From Spirochaetia bacterium (GTDB taxonomy: Bacteria; Spirochaetota; Spirochaetia; SZUA-6; Bin103), in contig CBDBOV010000004.1 of the NCBI GenBank assembly GCA_965208575.1, positions 32,001 to 96,000 of the forward strand: 64,000 nucleotides of DNA, given 5' to 3'. Shown here in pieces: positions 60,504-64,000 of the stretch. The notes beneath the pieces are model-generated. The model was not told the DNA's origin and searched no databases. It worked only from the letters and a program-made list of their open reading frames with translations. The position numbers and the translations under genes are program-made. The stretch's first letter is position 1, and every line of letters begins with the position of its first letter.

Positions 60504-61941
60504 GGGTGCGAACGCCGAAAGCGGTAGCAAATCATTGACTCTGAGGCGGAAAAAAGGTCTACCTACCCCACGACACCACACCATGGGGAGGTAGACCATG
60601 AATACGGAAGGACTTATAACGGCCGCCGAGGGCCTTGTCAAGGAGTTGCAAGGGCGCATCAACGGCGGCCGGATGGATCTCCAGGAGGCGGAAGCCAAGA
60701 TCCTTGAGATGGTGAACTGGATCGGCGACGAGATGGTGCAGGAAGTGGTAGCCGGACTCGCGGAGCCGACATCCGCCAACCAGATCACGGTTGGCGGTGA
60801 GGTGGCAGTGTTCGAGCGGGTGCGTAACCTGCGGTTCATCAACCGCTTCGGCGAAGAAGTGGTGCACCCGCGGCGCTGCTACCGGTACCGGCACCGGAGC
60901 GGAGGCGTGGCGCCGCTGGATGTGAAGCTGGGGATCGACGGGTGCTTCGGATTCTCACCGCTGATGACGTACCTGATCTGCATGCTGGGCGCGGATGAGT
61001 CGTATGCCGGTGCAGCGGCAAAACTGGAGGCGATGCTCGGGTTCAAGGTGAGCTCGACGGCGGTGCAGCGCACTACCGAGAAGACGGGAGAGCGGATACC
61101 CGATACCCCCGACGATCTAATTGATGAGCAGCGTCAGCGGCAGCCATGTTCCCTGATGGTGGTCGAGGTAGACGGAACGACGAGCCCGCAGATCACGGAG
61201 CAGGAAGGGATTACTGGTCTTGCCAGCCTCCGGGCGCCGACCTGTTACAAGGAGTGCAACCTGATAGTCATCGAGAAGCACGATGATGGCAAGGTGATCG
61301 ACCGCTGGACCGGAGGACGCTATGGACCACGCGGTGAGTTTGCCGGCTACGCCGAGCAGGCTGGACTGCGAATGGGCTTCCTGGACGCTCCACGAACGCT
61401 GTTCCTCGGTGATGGTGCACACCACAACTGGGAACTGCAGCAGACCCACTTCCCCGGCGCGATACCGATCCTGGACTACTACCACGCGGCTGAGCACCTC
61501 GCCGATTACTGCAAGCTGCTGTCTGCTACGCTACGCGATGCCGTCGAGCGCAGCTTGTCCACGATGATGTGGGAAGGCGAGGTGCTGCAGATGATCCACG
61601 AGATGAAGCGTTCACTGTCGAAGGTCACCGATACTGACGAAGCGTGGAAGCAGATCAACTACTTCACGAACAACCAGGACCGTATGGACTATGCCCGTTA
61701 CCGCGATCTCGGGTGGCCGATCGGCAGTGGCTTGGTCGAAGGGCAGTGCAAATTGGTTGTCGGTCGACGCTTCAAGGGCAACGGGATGAGATGGCGACCG
61801 CACGACAACCGCTGCGTGCTACGCACCCGTCTGGCTCTGCTCAACGGCGACCTCAAGCGCTATTTCAGTCCTCCTGACGACTGCGAGATCAAAGCGGCCT
61901 GATCGTGTCAACCCCTGTTACCGCTTTTGGCATTGGCACCC
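60504..61941 (+). mobile_element. Complete Mutator-type IS (ISKra4/ISLre2-like), 1438 bp
   Basis: IRL GGGTGCGAACGCCGAAAGCGGTAGCA; IRR (reverse complement) GGGTGCCAATGCCAAAAGCGGTAACA. 9-bp target duplication AGCGTTGGC at 60495-60503 and 61942-61950. Confidence 0.92.
60598..61902 (+). CDS. DDE transposase (p-MULT, ISKra4/ISLre2-like)
   Basis: VEVDG, LGDGA, DYYH, and IGSGLVEG...RFKGNGMRW. Confidence 0.9.
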   Translation: MNTEGLITAAEGLVKELQGRINGGRMDLQEAEAKILEMVNWIGDEMVQEVVAGLAEPTSANQITVGGEVAVFERVRNLRFINRFGEEVVHPRRCYRYRHRSGGVAPLDVKLGIDGCFGFSPLMTYLICMLGADESYAGAAAKLEAMLGFKVSSTAVQRTTEKTGERIPDTPDDLIDEQRQRQPCSLMVVEVDGTTSPQITEQEGITGLASLRAPTCYKECNLIVIEKHDDGKVIDRWTGGRYGPRGEFAGYAEQAGLRMGFLDAPRTLFLGDGAHHNWELQQTHFPGAIPILDYYHAAEHLADYCKLLSATLRDAVERSLSTMMWEGEVLQMIHEMKRSLSKVTDTDEAWKQINYFTNNQDRMDYARYRDLGWPIGSGLVEGQCKLVVGRRFKGNGMRWRPHDNRCVLRTRLALLNGDLKRYFSPPDDCEIKAA

Positions 61942-61959
61942 AGCGTTGGCCACGAAGGG

Positions 61960-62770
61960 TCAGAGGCCGAGGCGTTGGTATTGGCAGTCGGGGGCTTCGA
62001 CGGCGGCGAGATGGTCGCGCAGGAAGGTGGCCATGCGCTCCTCCAGGGCGGGGTCGCGGAGCGCGTGCTGTTGGCCGGGGTCGGTTTCGCCGTCGAACAG
62101 CAGGTTGAAGTCGGGGGCGTCCAGCGCCGCCTCCGAGGGTTGCCGCCAGCGTAGCTGCGCGTAGCCACGTTGGCTCGGGTACCTGAGAAAGTAGCCGTAT
62201 TCCACGTCCGGCCGGTTCACCGCCAGGAAGTCCTGGCTGCCGCGCGGCATCATCGTGTGATGGTGCACCCAGCTCTCGGGCAGTGCCTGCCGGAAGTATC
62301 GGTAATGGCCGTCGGTCAGGCACACGTCCTTGCCGAAGCCGCCGTACAGCACCGCCTCGTGGTGGTCGGCGTCGGCGGCCAGGAGGTGGCACAGCGAGCG
62401 GCCCTGCACCTGTGCCGGCGTCGCCATGCCGTGCAGCTCCAGGAAGGTGGGCATCAGGTCGATGGTGGTGGTCAGGGCGTGCCGTACCCGGCGCCCGCCG
62501 GCGGCGCCCGGCGCGCACACGATCAACGGGATGTGCGCCAGTTCATCGTACAGCGCCATCTGCATCTTGCCCCAGTAGCCGCGCTCGCCGAGGATGTGGC
62601 CGTGGTCGGTGGTCAGCACCACCACGGTGTCGTCCCACATGCCGTGCTCGTCCAGCTTGTCGAGCAGCTTGCCGAGCCAGTGGTCGGCCATGGTCAGCGC
62701 GCCGCCGTAGCAGGCGCGGATGTGGCGCACCGTCTGCTCGTCGTCCAACTCCGGGTCGAGGCGCCCGTAA
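61960..62770 (-). pseudogene. Sulfatase C-terminal portion, interrupted by a transposon
   Basis: DHWLGKLLDKLD...DDTVVVLTTDHG.ILGE.G.WGK, HIPL, DLMPT and DPGQ. The upstream frame runs into transposon DNA. Confidence 0.85.
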
Positions 62771-62917
62771 CCACGGGCACGAAATTCGAGGTGGTTGACC
62801 GAGGAATCTGGGCACGGTAGGAGCTGGGAAAAAGAAAAGCCCCTCCGGGAGCTTGCAAAGAAGCCCCGGAGGGTGCCTCCTTCTCTGTGGAAAACAAACG
62901 GAGAGGAGGTGGCACCT

Positions 62918-63472
62918 TTGTGGCACAAGTTGCTGCGAGACGCAAGGTTGCATCAAGTACTGCTGGAGGCGGACCGGGAGATCGCGAGCGAGACGCGAGC
63001 GAAGGGGTGCCCGGCGTGCGGCGGTCGGCTGCACGTGGCGACCTACGAACGCAAGCCGCGCAGCGGAGTGCAGCTGCCGGCGGAGTACGACAAACGGTTC
63101 AGTTTCTGTTGCGCGAAAGACGGGTGCCGGAAACGGGTGACGCCGGCGTCGCTGCGGTTTCTGGGGCGGCGTGTGTACTTGGGACTGATCGTGGTGCTGG
63201 TACCGGTGTTGCGGCATGGGCCGAGCCCGACGCGGGTACGGCGGTTGCGAGAACTGGTGGGGGTGAGCCGGCGCACGGTGGAGCGCTGGTGCCGGTGGTG
63301 GAGGAGCGAGTTCGTGCAGACGCCGTTCTGGCGGCTGGCGCAGGGAGAGTTCGCGGAACCGGTGGCGCCCGAAGAGCTGCCGAGTTCCCTGCTGCAGGGG
63401 TTCGGCGGTGATGACGAGAGCAAGCTGGTGGGCGCGCTGAGATTCCTGGGACCGCTGAGCGGGACGGCATAA
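62918..63472 (+). CDS. Transposon-associated Zn-ribbon/HTH protein (DUF6431-like)
   Basis: CPACGG...FCC...C and VSRRTVERW HTH. GAGGAGG RBS. Confidence 0.65.
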   Translation: MWHKLLRDARLHQVLLEADREIASETRAKGCPACGGRLHVATYERKPRSGVQLPAEYDKRFSFCCAKDGCRKRVTPASLRFLGRRVYLGLIVVLVPVLRHGPSPTRVRRLRELVGVSRRTVERWCRWWRSEFVQTPFWRLAQGEFAEPVAPEELPSSLLQGFGGDDESKLVGALRFLGPLSGTA

Positions 63473-63580
63473 GGAGCAACATTTCTGCGGGGCGGGGGCA
63501 ATCCGCAGAAGTTGGCCGTCGGCGGCTTTGGAGCAGGCGGCTACGGTAGCGCATATCCGACGGAACGGAGGGCGTTACCG

Positions 63581-64000
63581 ATGAGCGAGAGGACAGAGTC
63601 CGGGGTGCACGAACGCTGGGCACATTTTCGGTTCGCGGTGGTTGGCAGGCTGCTGGCAGCACCGCCGGCGCGGGGCCAACTGCGTGCGGAACTGGAGCGG
63701 CTGGCGGCGCGCACCTGGAAGCACCCGGTGACCGGCAAGCCGACGCGGTTCGCCTACGCCACCATCGAACGCTGGTACCTGGTGGCGCGCAACGCCGGTC
63801 AGGATCCGGTGGCGGCGCTACGGCGCAAGGTGCGCAAGGACGCCGGTCGGCAGAGAACGATGGCAGACGAACTGCGGCGAGCGGTGCGGGCTCAGTATCG
63901 AGAGCACCCGAGTTGGAGCGCGCAGTTGCACTACGACAACCTGGTGACGCTGGCCGAGAGCAACCGCGAGCTGAGGCCGGTGCCGTCCTATTGGACCGTG
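63581..64000 (+). CDS. DDE-type integrase/transposase, N-terminus (partial)
   Basis: RWAHFRFAVVGRLL...ATIERWY...RKVRKDAG...HPSWSAQLHYDNL...PSYWTV. Runs off the window. Confidence 0.8.
   Translation, partial: MSERTESGVHERWAHFRFAVVGRLLAAPPARGQLRAELERLAARTWKHPVTGKPTRFAYATIERWYLVARNAGQDPVAALRRKVRKDAGRQRTMADELRRAVRAQYREHPSWSAQLHYDNLVTLAESNRELRPVPSYWTV

Larger units (their letters stand above)
62767..64000 (+). mobile_element. Left part of a Mu/IS481-like DDE transposon (extends beyond the window)
   Basis: Abrupt junction in the sulfatase, followed by a Zn-ribbon ORF and a transposase. End position approximate. Confidence 0.7.

Noticed and set aside
60168-60842. 224-aa Phd fusion ORF
   Set aside because: The N-terminal part is IS antisense sequence. 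Only the last ~90 aa are Phd.

Overview
High-GC bacterial DNA, probably from a Spirochaetota (Spirochaetaceae-like) genome. This is inferred from the comEC-rsmA pairing and the spirochaete-type 'LFASGEEE'/'VFAAAESE' solute-binding-protein leaders. Bases 1-10.2 kb are core-like: a lipid operon (SPT-like aminotransferase, fabZ, acyl-CoA ligase), tlpA, a CPBP protease, comEC, rsmA, dapA, dapB, tyrA and tRNA-Lys(TTT). From the tRNA onwards the window is accessory and heavily rearranged. It holds five ABC importer clusters with no ATPase genes and catabolic enzymes (three PhyH dioxygenases, dehydrogenases, a CoA-transferase, a sialidase-like protein, a CehA/McbA hydrolase and a sulfatase). It also holds five toxin-antitoxin-type loci: AbiE, a fused MNT-HEPN, HicAB, a nuclease-antitoxin fusion with PIN, and an orphan Phd. 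Other content includes three AAA+PD-(D/E)XK genes, a 1718-aa exonuclease-RecQ-UvrD fusion, a diverged ~6.5-kb tandem array, an intact Mutator-type IS with a 9-bp target duplication, a second transposon at the right edge, and many deletion remnants. The best candidates for undescribed biology are the Exo-RecQ-UvrD fusion, the possible spirochaete sphingolipid operon, the frameshifted nuclease-antitoxin/PIN module, the single-chain MNT-HEPN, and the AAA-nuclease/ABC array with an apparently swappable SBP segment. All calls come from motif recognition by eye; no database searches were run.
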